A DNA stretch of 64,000 bases from Candidatus Latescibacterota bacterium (lineage in GTDB: Bacteria; Latescibacterota; UBA2968; GCA-2709665). The DNA lies in contig OZ241917.1 of the NCBI GenBank assembly GCA_965203805.1, positions 1 through 64,000 on the forward strand. Reading direction: 5' to 3'. Positions 10,332 through 19,580 of this stretch are shown here, one piece after another. The notes beneath the pieces are model-generated. The model saw only the letters and a program-made list of their open reading frames with translations. It did no database searches and was not told where the DNA came from. A program made the position numbers and the translations under genes. The stretch's first letter is position 1; each line of letters starts with the position of its first letter.

Positions 10332-10957
10332 CGGCAGCGAAAGCAACCAATATTGTGTGGCACGAAGGCCATGTGAGTCGTTCGGAGCGGGAGCGTCTGT
10401 TGACGCAGGCAGGGTGTCTGGTGTGGCTGACGGGTCTGCCCTCCTCCGGGAAAAGCACCATTGCGTTTACCGTGGAGCACGCGCTGGCCGCGCGGGGTCG
10501 CATGGCCTATGTGCTGGATGGGGACAATATACGGCATGGGTTGAACTGCAATCTGGGTTTTTCGCCTGAGGACAGGGCTGAGAATATACGCCGTATCGGC
10601 GAGGTGGGAAAGCTGTTCGTGGATGCCGGGATCCTGACGATAAGCAGCTTCGTGAGCCCGTACAAGGCGGACAGGGACGGCGTCCGGGGAATGCTGCGCC
10701 AGGGCGACTTTCTGGAAGTTTACGTGGACACGCCTCTTGTCGTCTGCGAGGAGAGGGACCCGAAGGGACTGTATAGGAAGGCGCGCGCCGGCGAGATACC
10801 CGATTTTACCGGGGTATCGGATCCCTACGAGCCACCGGAGGATCCGGAACTGGTGATAAAGGCAGCCGAATGTTCGCCCGAAGAGGCCGCGCGGCAGATC
10901 CTCCATCTGCTTGAGTCCCGTGGAAAGATTTCAATGCCGGAAGGGGCTGAACCGTGA
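10328..10957 (+). CDS. cysC: Adenylyl-sulfate kinase
   Basis: WLTGLPSSGKST, LDGDNIRHGL, RDPKGLY and FTGVSDPYE. Confidence 0.95.
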   Translation: MTAAKATNIVWHEGHVSRSERERLLTQAGCLVWLTGLPSSGKSTIAFTVEHALAARGRMAYVLDGDNIRHGLNCNLGFSPEDRAENIRRIGEVGKLFVDAGILTISSFVSPYKADRDGVRGMLRQGDFLEVYVDTPLVVCEERDPKGLYRKARAGEIPDFTGVSDPYEPPEDPELVIKAAECSPEEAARQILHLLESRGKISMPEGAEP

Positions 10958-12330
10958 TGTCGCTGGACGGGCGGAGGGTGCTCGTGATGGGCCTTGGCCT
11001 GTTCGGCGGGGGCGCGGGTGCGGTGCGGTTTCTGTGCAGAGAGAGCGCGCGCGTTACCGTTACCGACCTGCGGCCGGCAGACGCGCTTCGGGAATCGTTG
11101 CGGACGCTCGAGTCGCTGCCCGTCGCCTACAGGCTGGGTGGACACGAGGCGTCGGATTTCCGGGCGGCGGACCTTGTCGTGGCCAATCCCGCGGTCCCCC
11201 GGTCTTCCCCCTTCCTGAAGGCTGCCGAACAACGGGGTATCCCGGTCACTACGGAGATCTGCCTGTTTGCGGAGCGGTGCAGGGCGCAGGTCGTGGGGAT
11301 TACCGGCACCAGCGGAAAGACGACGACCGCTTCTCTGGCGGCCGAGATGATGCGGCGCAAGTCACCCCGGACGCTGGTTGGCGGAAATATCGGAGGGTCT
11401 TTGCTTGAACGCCTCGAGGAGATCACGCCGGATATGCATGTGGTCCTCGAACTGTCCAGCTTTCAGCTCGAGCGGCTGACCGAGTTGAATTGGAGCCCGG
11501 AGACCGCCGTGATTACGAATTTCGCCCCGAATCACCTGGATATGCATGGTTCACTGGAGGCATATAGGCGGGCGAAGCGACAGATAATCGCCCATCAGGA
11601 CGAAAGCGACGTCGAGGTGCTGAACGGCGACGATCCTGAAGTCAGGCAGTGGCGGGGGCGCGGACGCCGCGTCGTATTCGGCACGCAACGGACGTCGGAC
11701 TGCGACGTCTATCTAGAAGACGGAGAGATCAGACACCGGATCGGCCAAACCGAAGAAGCCGTCTGTACGGCTGGTTCGGTCGCTCTGCCCGGACGGCACA
11801 ATCTGGCGAACGCGCTGGCCGCGTGCGGGGCGGCGCTGTGCAACGGCGTGACCGAAACGGACATCGCGGACGTGCTTCGCGGGTTCAGGGGGGTGCCGCA
11901 CCGGATGGAACGGGTGGCCGTGATCGAGGGCGTTACGTATTACAACGATTCGATTGCCACCAGCCCGGACCGGACGCTCGTGGCGCTCTCGGCCCTGCCG
12001 CCGGGCGTGGTGCTGATCGCAGGGGGCTACGACAAGGGTCTGTCATACCGTGTGCTGGGCCAATATATCGGGCGCAGGGTGTCGCATCTGATCCTGACGG
12101 GCGACACGGCGGATGCGATTGCGGCGTCGGTCCCGTCCGGATCACCCACACGTATTTCACGCGTGGATTCGCTGGACGATGCCGTGTTCGCCGCATCGCG
12201 GATGGCAGGAACCGGCGGCACTGTTCTGTTTTCTCCGGCATCGGCCAGCTACGATTGCTTTCGCAATTACGTGGAGCGCGGAGACCGGTTCAAGACACTG
12301 GTTCTGGATACGGGGGGTTCTGATGGCTGA
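10954..12330 (+). CDS. murD: UDP-N-acetylmuramoyl-L-alanine--D-glutamate ligase
   Basis: GITGTSGKTTT, GGNIG, ELSSFQL, NHLD, HRME, YNDS and FSPASASYD. Confidence 0.93.
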   Translation: MMSLDGRRVLVMGLGLFGGGAGAVRFLCRESARVTVTDLRPADALRESLRTLESLPVAYRLGGHEASDFRAADLVVANPAVPRSSPFLKAAEQRGIPVTTEICLFAERCRAQVVGITGTSGKTTTASLAAEMMRRKSPRTLVGGNIGGSLLERLEEITPDMHVVLELSSFQLERLTELNWSPETAVITNFAPNHLDMHGSLEAYRRAKRQIIAHQDESDVEVLNGDDPEVRQWRGRGRRVVFGTQRTSDCDVYLEDGEIRHRIGQTEEAVCTAGSVALPGRHNLANALAACGAALCNGVTETDIADVLRGFRGVPHRMERVAVIEGVTYYNDSIATSPDRTLVALSALPPGVVLIAGGYDKGLSYRVLGQYIGRRVSHLILTGDTADAIAASVPSGSPTRISRVDSLDDAVFAASRMAGTGGTVLFSPASASYDCFRNYVERGDRFKTLVLDTGGSDG

Positions 12331-13165
12331 ATCCATCGACTTGCGGGCGATCGCTCCCACCGTTGCCCGCGTATTGGATGTGCCCGCGCCCCGTGGCGCA
12401 GAGGCGGCGCCGATCGCCGCCGTCATCGAGACCCTGGATGCGGCCGACCGGCTGGCACTGGTGGTGGTGGACGGTTTCGGCTCGTCGTTGTGGGCATACG
12501 TTCGCGATTCCGTGCCGGTGTTCAACCGGATCGCGGGGCTGCGGCACCTCGAAATCCAGTCCGTGCTGCCGTCCATGACGTATATCTGCATCTCGACGAT
12601 GTTGACCGGCATATCTCCGGCCTCCCATGGCGTGACGGATTTACAAACGATGATCCACGCGACACGGTCGCCCGACATGGATTCCGTTTTCAATCGCGTC
12701 AGGGCCGCGGGCGGACAGACGTTGATGGCCGTGCACAAACGGGATGTGGCGGGCCTGGACATCGAACGGTTTGCCGACAGGACCGTCCTGGCCGAGGAGC
12801 GAAACGATCTGGAAATCTACAGCCGGGTGCCCGGTTTAATCGTCGAAGATTCGCCCGGATTCGCGTTCGTGCATCTGCTCGACATCGACGAAGCCGGTCA
12901 CAGGTACGGTCCCTATACGCAGGAGGTCCGCGAAGCCGCAGTGAACACGGACCGGCGCATGAAAGGCCTGCTGGCCTCTCTCGCGGCCTCCGGATATGCC
13001 GTCGTAATCGTTGCGGATCACGGGATGCACGAGTCACCGTGCGGCGTTGCGGACGAAGGGGGGAATCTCGGTACCCACGACGGTTCGGTTACGGAGGATC
13101 TGCTCGTACCGCTGCTGTGGGCAACGGCGGAGGAAGTGGGCGAAATTGCAAGCTATGAAGAATAA
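12323..13165 (+). CDS. Alkaline phosphatase superfamily (nucleotide pyrophosphatase/phosphodiesterase-like)
   Basis: VVVDGFG, PSMT nucleophile loop, DEAGHRYGP and ADHGM metal ligands. Confidence 0.8.
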   Translation: MAESIDLRAIAPTVARVLDVPAPRGAEAAPIAAVIETLDAADRLALVVVDGFGSSLWAYVRDSVPVFNRIAGLRHLEIQSVLPSMTYICISTMLTGISPASHGVTDLQTMIHATRSPDMDSVFNRVRAAGGQTLMAVHKRDVAGLDIERFADRTVLAEERNDLEIYSRVPGLIVEDSPGFAFVHLLDIDEAGHRYGPYTQEVREAAVNTDRRMKGLLASLAASGYAVVIVADHGMHESPCGVADEGGNLGTHDGSVTEDLLVPLLWATAEEVGEIASYEE

Positions 13166-13196
13166 AAAAAGCCGAGACCGGTCGTCCGGCCTCGGC
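13165..13196 (-). terminator. Rho-independent terminator of the sigma factor gene
   Basis: The minus strand reads GCCGAGGCCGG-ACGA-CCGGTCTCGGC followed by TTTTTT, between convergent genes. Confidence 0.8.
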
Positions 13197-13213
13197 ATGG
13201 AACGTTGTACGGT

Positions 13214-14077
13214 TCAGGCGCCGTCGGAATAGGGCATGAGTTTTCGACCCCGGGTCGGGTGGCGAAGCTTCCTGAGGGCCTTTTCCTTGATCTGCCGGAC
13301 GCGTTCACGCGTGAGTCTGAACCGGATGCCGATTTCTTCAAGGGTCATTTCGGAATCGCCGCCCAGGCCGAAATAGAGTCGAATGACCTCCCGTTCCCTC
13401 TCTTCCAGTGTATCCAGCGCCGCGAGTATTTCATCTTCAAGTGAATTCCGCATGAGCAAATGGTCGGGCGATTCCTGGTTTTCGTCCGTCATGATTTCCA
13501 GAAGGCTGTTCTCCTCGTCTTCGCCGAAGGTCATGTCGAGGGAGAGGATGCGCTGCCCGCTGGCAAGGGTATCGACCACCTGTTCGACCGTGATGCCCAA
13601 CTCCTTCGCGATCTCTTCTTCCGGGGGTCGCCCGGACGTCTCCTGTTGCCTGTTGTTCACGTAGCGGGAAATGCGGCGCAAGAGATCCACCCGGTTCAGC
13701 GGCAGGCGGACGACCCTGGAATGTTCCGCCAGGGTTTGCAGGATGGACTGGCGAATCCACCAGACCGCGTAGGAGATGAACTTGAACCCCCTGGTTTCGT
13801 CGAACCGCTCCGCCGCGGTGATGAGCCCGAGGTTGCCGGCGCTGATCAGATCCGCCAGCGGCACGCCCTGGTTCTGATACTCGCGTGCCACGGTGATGAC
13901 GAATCGAAGATTGGCCTCGACGAGTTTCCTGCGGGCATCGAGGTCTCCCTTCCTGATGCGGCGAGCGAGGATGACTTCCTCCTGGGCCGACAGTGGTTCG
14001 GACGTGGCAACGTCTTCCAGGTAGCGGTGCAATGAATCTTTCACGGCATCGCGGTAGATTCCGCTCTTTCTGGCCAC
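13214..14077 (-). CDS. RNA polymerase sigma70 factor, RpoD/SigA family lacking region 1.1
   Basis: Region 1.2 DSLHRYL, region 2 VEANLRFVITVA and GFKFISYAVWWIRQSI, region 4 MTLEEIG..LTRERVRQIKEKALRKLR. GTG start at 14077. Confidence 0.92.
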   Translation of the reverse strand: MARKSGIYRDAVKDSLHRYLEDVATSEPLSAQEEVILARRIRKGDLDARRKLVEANLRFVITVAREYQNQGVPLADLISAGNLGLITAAERFDETRGFKFISYAVWWIRQSILQTLAEHSRVVRLPLNRVDLLRRISRYVNNRQQETSGRPPEEEIAKELGITVEQVVDTLASGQRILSLDMTFGEDEENSLLEIMTDENQESPDHLLMRNSLEDEILAALDTLEEREREVIRLYFGLGGDSEMTLEEIGIRFRLTRERVRQIKEKALRKLRHPTRGRKLMPYSDGA

Positions 14078-14159
14078 GAAGGTCACCTCGAATGGATATG
14101 CGTATGTTGGATGGGAAAAGGCAACCGGCGGGAGGGCGCTAAGGAAAGAAATCAATCGA

Positions 14160-14188
14160 AATATTCGGCGTTCTTCCGTGGATGTCAA
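14160..14188 (-). promoter_or_regulatory. sigma70-type promoter of the sigma factor gene
   Basis: TTGACA-N17-AATATT on the minus strand. Confidence 0.6.
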
Positions 14189-14460
14189 GCGAAATCTCCG
14201 GTGAAGACTTCGGGTGTCCGTTACCGGAATTCCCCGTAACTCCGGCAGGCGAGGACAACGGGATTCTCAACAGTACCGTGGTGACTGCGTCCCGGCTTGT
14301 GCCCGACGTCGGCCGCAAGATCGGCTCTTCGACCGGCCCCGTCTTGACCGCGCCACGTGTTTGACGTAGATTACGCATCGTTCACTCCGGTTCGTGTTCC
14401 TTACACGTCCGATCCGGCGCCGCGACGGCGGCCCGGGCGAGGGCGAATGGAGGCCTTCCG

Positions 14461-15510
14461 ATGGATGTGCCGATTGACCGTTTACGTCTCCTGGAATTGC
14501 TGGAAAAACTCCTGACCGCGCATGCCCCTCCGGGGGCCGAAGGGGAAGTCGACGCCATTGTTATGAACGAGGCGCGACCGTTCGCGGCGTCGGTCTGGCA
14601 GGATGCCGCGGAGAGCATCGTGATCCATTTCAAGGGCCGCGGGAACGGCGCGCCGGTTGCCGTCACGGCGCACAAGGACGAGATCGCGCTGATGGTCAAG
14701 CGCGTCCAGGACGACGGTCGACTGCGCGTCCGGCCGCTGGGCGGGCTCCATCCCTGGGCCGTGGGAGAGGGACCGGTTGACGTTCTGACGGAAGGTGAAC
14801 CGGTAACGGGCATCCTGTCCGTAGGGTCGAAACATGTATCCGACGAAAGTCCGGCGGGCCCTCTGAAGTCCGGCAACGCGATAAAATGGGAGACGTTCTG
14901 GATCGAGACCAAGCGCTCCGCCGGCGAACTGCGCGAACTCGGCGTACATCGCGGCAGCAAGGCGGTCCTGGCGAGGTCCCGAAAATCACCCGTGTACATG
15001 GGTGATTTCATTTGCGGTTACAATCTGGACTGCAGGGCGGGACTGGCCGTTTTGCTCGAGGCGGCAAGGCACCTGGCGGAAACACCGCCGCCGCGCGACG
15101 TCTATCTCATTGCAAGTTCGGAGGAGGAGATCGGCGCGCAGGGCGCCGCTTTTTCAATCGGACAACTGCCCGCCCAGACCGCAGTAGCGCTGGATATCGC
15201 CCCGGTGGCCGAGGAGTACCAGATTGAGAATTGCGGCAATCCGGTTCTGCTCTGGGGTGACGCGTCCGGCGTCTACCATGAACGGACGTTGCGCCGCCTG
15301 AACGGGCTGGCAGACCGGATGGGATTCCAGACGCAGCCGGCCGTGGTGACTTCCTATGGGAGCGACGCCAGCATTTCGAAACGCGTCGGGTCGGCCGGAA
15401 GGTCGGCCTGTATCGCGTATCCGGGAGAGAATACCCACGGGTACGAGATCTGTTCGGTGGAAGGGATACTGAATTCGGCGCGGCTGCTGATCGCGTATCT
15501 CAGCGCCTGA
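14461..15510 (+). CDS. M42 family metallopeptidase (M20/M25/M40 clan)
   Basis: PPGAE, TAHKDEI, LDCRAG, EEEIG and THGYE. Confidence 0.85.
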   Translation: MDVPIDRLRLLELLEKLLTAHAPPGAEGEVDAIVMNEARPFAASVWQDAAESIVIHFKGRGNGAPVAVTAHKDEIALMVKRVQDDGRLRVRPLGGLHPWAVGEGPVDVLTEGEPVTGILSVGSKHVSDESPAGPLKSGNAIKWETFWIETKRSAGELRELGVHRGSKAVLARSRKSPVYMGDFICGYNLDCRAGLAVLLEAARHLAETPPPRDVYLIASSEEEIGAQGAAFSIGQLPAQTAVALDIAPVAEEYQIENCGNPVLLWGDASGVYHERTLRRLNGLADRMGFQTQPAVVTSYGSDASISKRVGSAGRSACIAYPGENTHGYEICSVEGILNSARLLIAYLSA

Positions 15511-15520
15511 CGATCCTCTT

Positions 15521-16270
15521 ATGCTATTTGAAAATAAAAAAGGACAATATCGATTCCTCAAGGGAATTGATCCCTATTCGTGCGGCGTCATCGCCGCGTC
15601 CGGGTACGAGGTCGTACACGCGACGTTCAGGCACCCGCCTCCGTGGCGCGAGGGGTTCCGGATGGCGGACAGGCATCTTCGTGACTCGGGCCGGGGCCGG
15701 CACGCCCTTTGCGGCGTGGAACTGCGCTGTCCGGAACCGCATCCGATGGACGGTTTCATCAGGTTCAACGGGGCCTATTGCGACCTACTGGCGTCCTGGG
15801 ACCTGCACGTGGACGGGATGAATCCGGTAGCACGAACCAATGTTGCTCCGGTGCACGGTCCGCCGGGCGAGACGGTGATGCAGGCATTCTCGTACACCGT
15901 GCCCTGTCGTGAACAGGAAAGCGGGACGTTCGTCATCGCGGGTGCGGGTGAATTGCGTGAAGGCGTGCTGACAAACGACGGTATCGTGAGGCGCGGCGAG
16001 ACGGGCGCCGGCGCATTGCGGGAAAAAGCGGCGTACGTGGTGCGGGTGATGGCGGATCGGCTGGAGGGCCTGGGCGCGAACTGGGACCTTGTGACGACGG
16101 TGGATGTCTATACGGCTCACCCGCTGGAGGGCATTCTGGACGAGGTCTTGCTGCCCTGCGTCGGAGGGGCGCAGCGCCATGGCTTACGGCTGTACCGGGC
16201 GCGTCCGCCGGTCATCGAGATAGAATTCGAGATGGATTTGCGGGGTGTCATGAGGGAAATCCGCATTTGA
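15521..16270 (+). CDS. CnbZ-like (2-amino-5-chloromuconate deaminase) RidA-related protein
   Basis: YRFLKGIDPYSCGV, CGVELRCPEP, NPVARTNVAP, FVIAGAGE and RPPVIEIEFEMDLRGV resemble the CnbZ family. Confidence 0.7.
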   Translation: MLFENKKGQYRFLKGIDPYSCGVIAASGYEVVHATFRHPPPWREGFRMADRHLRDSGRGRHALCGVELRCPEPHPMDGFIRFNGAYCDLLASWDLHVDGMNPVARTNVAPVHGPPGETVMQAFSYTVPCREQESGTFVIAGAGELREGVLTNDGIVRRGETGAGALREKAAYVVRVMADRLEGLGANWDLVTTVDVYTAHPLEGILDEVLLPCVGGAQRHGLRLYRARPPVIEIEFEMDLRGVMREIRI

Positions 16271-16376
16271 GGTCGTCTTCTCAGGTGCGAACGCGCCGGG
16301 CCTCTTCGAGGCTGCGATCCACCGGCATCCGCCTGACGGGTCGAACATTGCGTTCGGCCCGTCTCTATCGGGTATT

Positions 16377-17345
16377 TTACGGCATCAGGAGCACTTTGCC
16401 CGTCGTCAGTCTGCCTTCGAGAAGCCGGTGGGCTTCCCGGGCATCCGAAAGGGGCAGCGTACGATCGATCCGCAAACTGAGCTTCCCGGTTTGAATCCAG
16501 CCAAGTACGTCTCCGGCGCGAAGTTGCAGCTCTTCCCGGGTCGCAGTGTAATCGACAAGGGTGGGACGGGTCAGAAAGATTGAGCCGAGACGGCTGAGCA
16601 GCAGCGGGTCGACCGGCGGCACCGGGCCGCTGGCATTGCCGAACAGCACGAGGTAGCCCCTGGGGCGCAGGCAATTCATGCTCTTTTCCCACGTGGTCCT
16701 CCCCACCGAGTCGTATGCGACGTGGACGCCCTGCCCGTCCGTGAGCCGATTGACTTCGGTTTCGAAATCCTGTTCGGTATATCGAATGATGTCATCTGCT
16801 CCGGCGCCCCGTGCCAGTTGCGCCTTTTCCTCCGTTGAAACCGTCCCGATGACGCGCGCGCCCCGCATTTTCGCCATCTGAACCAGAATGAGTCCTACGC
16901 CTCCGGCGGCCGCGTGAATGAGCACGGTATCGCCTTCCAGGACGTTGCAGGTACTGTGAACGAGATAATGGGATGTCATCCCCTGCAGCATGGCGGCCGC
17001 GCCTGCGGCGGCATCCACGCCATCGGGGAGTCTGACGAGTCTCTCCTGCGGTGCTGCGACGAATTCGGCATAGGAACAGGGCACTCCCGCGTAGGCGACG
17101 AGGTCTCCCAACCGGAATTCCGTGGCGCCCGCACCGAGAGCCGCCACGGTACCCGCGGCCTCGAGACCCGGGATGAAGGGCAGGTCCAGCGGATAGAGGC
17201 CCGTGCGATGGTAGGTGTCGATATAATTCAGTCCGATGGCATCGATTCTCACCAGCACCTCGCCAGGGCCGGGTTCGGGATTCGGTACGTCCTTGAACAG
17301 GAGGACCTCGGGTCCGCCGGTGCGGGAAACTTGAATCGCTTTCAT
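16377..17345 (-). CDS. qor: NADPH:quinone oxidoreductase (MDR/zeta-crystallin family)
   Basis: GLNYIDTY, PGLEAAG, HAAAGGVG, FGNASG and TTGKVLL. Confidence 0.9.
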   Translation of the reverse strand: MKAIQVSRTGGPEVLLFKDVPNPEPGPGEVLVRIDAIGLNYIDTYHRTGLYPLDLPFIPGLEAAGTVAALGAGATEFRLGDLVAYAGVPCSYAEFVAAPQERLVRLPDGVDAAAGAAAMLQGMTSHYLVHSTCNVLEGDTVLIHAAAGGVGLILVQMAKMRGARVIGTVSTEEKAQLARGAGADDIIRYTEQDFETEVNRLTDGQGVHVAYDSVGRTTWEKSMNCLRPRGYLVLFGNASGPVPPVDPLLLSRLGSIFLTRPTLVDYTATREELQLRAGDVLGWIQTGKLSLRIDRTLPLSDAREAHRLLEGRLTTGKVLLMP

Positions 17346-17366
17346 GGAAAAATCTCCTTGCCGGGT

Positions 17367-19580
17367 TCAGTACCTTGCGTTAATGCCGAGAGAAATGCGT
17401 CTGGGCGACCCCAGATTGCGTTCCACAACGGCGTAGTTGTACGCCAGCGCGTTATGTGCCTTGAGAACGACCTGGACTTTGCCGATGGCGTACGCGGTTG
17501 AGAGGTCGAGCAGGTAGACCGGAATCAAATCGCGGTTCCCTTCCGGCAGGAGTCCGGATGCACGCAGGATCCGGCTCCTGAACCTGAATCGGCATTCCAC
17601 CGTCAGGCGGCCCGACGTGGTCCGCGCGCCGGCTGCGGCAATGTGCCTGGGGCGATACGGCAGCGGCAGGTCGCCGCCGGCCAGATTCTCGATCGCGCTT
17701 ATAAACGTATAGGTTCCTTCCAGACGAACCGGGCCCATCGCGGCGGCCAGACTCGTCTCGATACCGGCCGTCCGGCCCATGGCGACGTTCCTGAAACTGA
17801 CGCGCCCTGTCGCGTCCGGACGGGCTTCGACGAGGTCCTCATAGCGGCTCCAGAACCCCGCGGCGTTGACGTGTGACCACGACGTGGGCCGGTGATCCAG
17901 GGCGACTTCGGTGGAGATGCTTCGTTCCGCCACGAGGCCGGTATTGGGCACGATGGGAATCGCGGAGAAGGTGGCGTTGGTGTAGATCTCGGCGATCGCA
18001 GGGCCTCTGAAGCCCCATCCCAGGGTCGCGCGCAACGTGGTGCGCCCGGTGGGTCGATACGAGAAGCCCAGCTTGGGGCTGATGCGGTTCTCGGCGGCGC
18101 GGTCGTCGGTGCGGTACCGATCGTAGCGGCTGCCACCGGACAGCGTCATCCGATCCGTCGCTTCGATTTCGGCCTGTGCGTAGGCGGCCAGGTTGAGCCC
18201 GGTGTGATTGCCGAAGAGGTGGTCCGATGAATGCACAATATCGTGAATCCACTGAGTTCCGACGGTAAGCGCCACCTTCCCCGCAGGCTGGAGGTCCAGC
18301 TGGAGTTCCTGCCCGACCTTGTAGGCTTCCGACGAGGTCCGACTGCCGATTTCGTTGTCGAATTGCGTGCGGTACACAAACGATTTCAGTCTATAGCCCG
18401 TCCGCGGGCTGAGCAGGTGATAGAAATCGACGTTCAGGTTCAGCTTCTGGGATACGGTCTTGTCGTTCTTGGCGCTGTCGGGCACCTCCAGAGGCTCGTT
18501 TCGGTCTTTCCACAGGACGAAGGTACCGTGATCGTCCAGGGCCCAGTTTGAGGTTGCGGTTATCGATGCCGAGGTCTTGAATCGATGTCTGAGTTTGCCG
18601 AAGAGTTTGTATCTCCGGTGCCATGCGTTTTCTCGGAATCCGTTGGTCCATTTTTGTCCGGCCCCCAGAATGAACCCGGTATTGCCGGACTGACGGGAAT
18701 GGCTGACGTCCGTTCCCTCGAAGTACCGCCCGCTCGACGACCATCGCCACTCCTGATGGCCGGGTTCGCTGTATCGACCGCCCAGAAACCGGATGTGCGT
18801 CTCCGGCTCGGTCGACGGATTCCGGGTAATGACATTGATGATGCCGCCGAGTGCGCCGGTGCCGTAAAGCGCGGATCCGGCGCCCTTGATGACTTCCACG
18901 CGTGCGATCTGGTCGATGGGGATGGCGTCCCACTTGACCTCGCCGTTGTCCGCGGACAGCGCCGGAAAGCCGTCGATCAGCATCAGTACGCGGCTTCCCG
19001 TTCCCCTGGAATAACCGCTTGACCCCCTGATGTTGACCTGACCTCCCACCATATTCACGCCGGGCACATATTCCAGTGATTCGTTCAGGGTGACGGAATT
19101 GTCGGACTGAATTTCCTCAGAGCCGATGAGCGAGACGCTTGTTGGCGCGTCGACGACATTTCGCGCGCGTTTGCTGGCGGAAACCACAATTGCGGGCATG
19201 TGGATCGGCGTCGACGAGAGTCCAACGGACAGACGGAGGGTATCGTTCGCGGCAACCTCGACGTCTTTCGACACATGAGGCGCGAAACCCAGCAGGGAGA
19301 CGGAGACGGTATAGACGCCCGGCGGCAGACGGGTCAGGCTGAATTCTCCTTCAACGTCGGTTTCGGTTCCGATGCCGGTACCCAGCAATACGACGCTGGC
19401 GCCGGGCAGGGGTTCACCGGTCGCCTTGTCGGTTGTTCGTCCCGACATCGCGCCGGAGGTCTCCGCCTGCAGCGTTGAGCCCTGACAGAGTGGGCAAAGG
19501 AGGCAGAAAATCAGTGCAAATATGCCGATCCGGCCGGTCGGCGCCCTGCACGAGGTCGAAATAGGTCTGAATGTCGACAT
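17367..19580 (-). CDS. TonB-dependent receptor with an N-terminal carboxypeptidase-regulatory-like domain
   Basis: GEPLPGASV..GTGIGTETDVEG, plug motifs IRG and RVEVIKGAGSALYGTGALGGIINVIT, and a terminal aromatic residue (NARY). Start uncertain (ATG 19580). Confidence 0.9.
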   Translation of the reverse strand: MSTFRPISTSCRAPTGRIGIFALIFCLLCPLCQGSTLQAETSGAMSGRTTDKATGEPLPGASVVLLGTGIGTETDVEGEFSLTRLPPGVYTVSVSLLGFAPHVSKDVEVAANDTLRLSVGLSSTPIHMPAIVVSASKRARNVVDAPTSVSLIGSEEIQSDNSVTLNESLEYVPGVNMVGGQVNIRGSSGYSRGTGSRVLMLIDGFPALSADNGEVKWDAIPIDQIARVEVIKGAGSALYGTGALGGIINVITRNPSTEPETHIRFLGGRYSEPGHQEWRWSSSGRYFEGTDVSHSRQSGNTGFILGAGQKWTNGFRENAWHRRYKLFGKLRHRFKTSASITATSNWALDDHGTFVLWKDRNEPLEVPDSAKNDKTVSQKLNLNVDFYHLLSPRTGYRLKSFVYRTQFDNEIGSRTSSEAYKVGQELQLDLQPAGKVALTVGTQWIHDIVHSSDHLFGNHTGLNLAAYAQAEIEATDRMTLSGGSRYDRYRTDDRAAENRISPKLGFSYRPTGRTTLRATLGWGFRGPAIAEIYTNATFSAIPIVPNTGLVAERSISTEVALDHRPTSWSHVNAAGFWSRYEDLVEARPDATGRVSFRNVAMGRTAGIETSLAAAMGPVRLEGTYTFISAIENLAGGDLPLPYRPRHIAAAGARTTSGRLTVECRFRFRSRILRASGLLPEGNRDLIPVYLLDLSTAYAIGKVQVVLKAHNALAYNYAVVERNLGSPRRISLGINARY

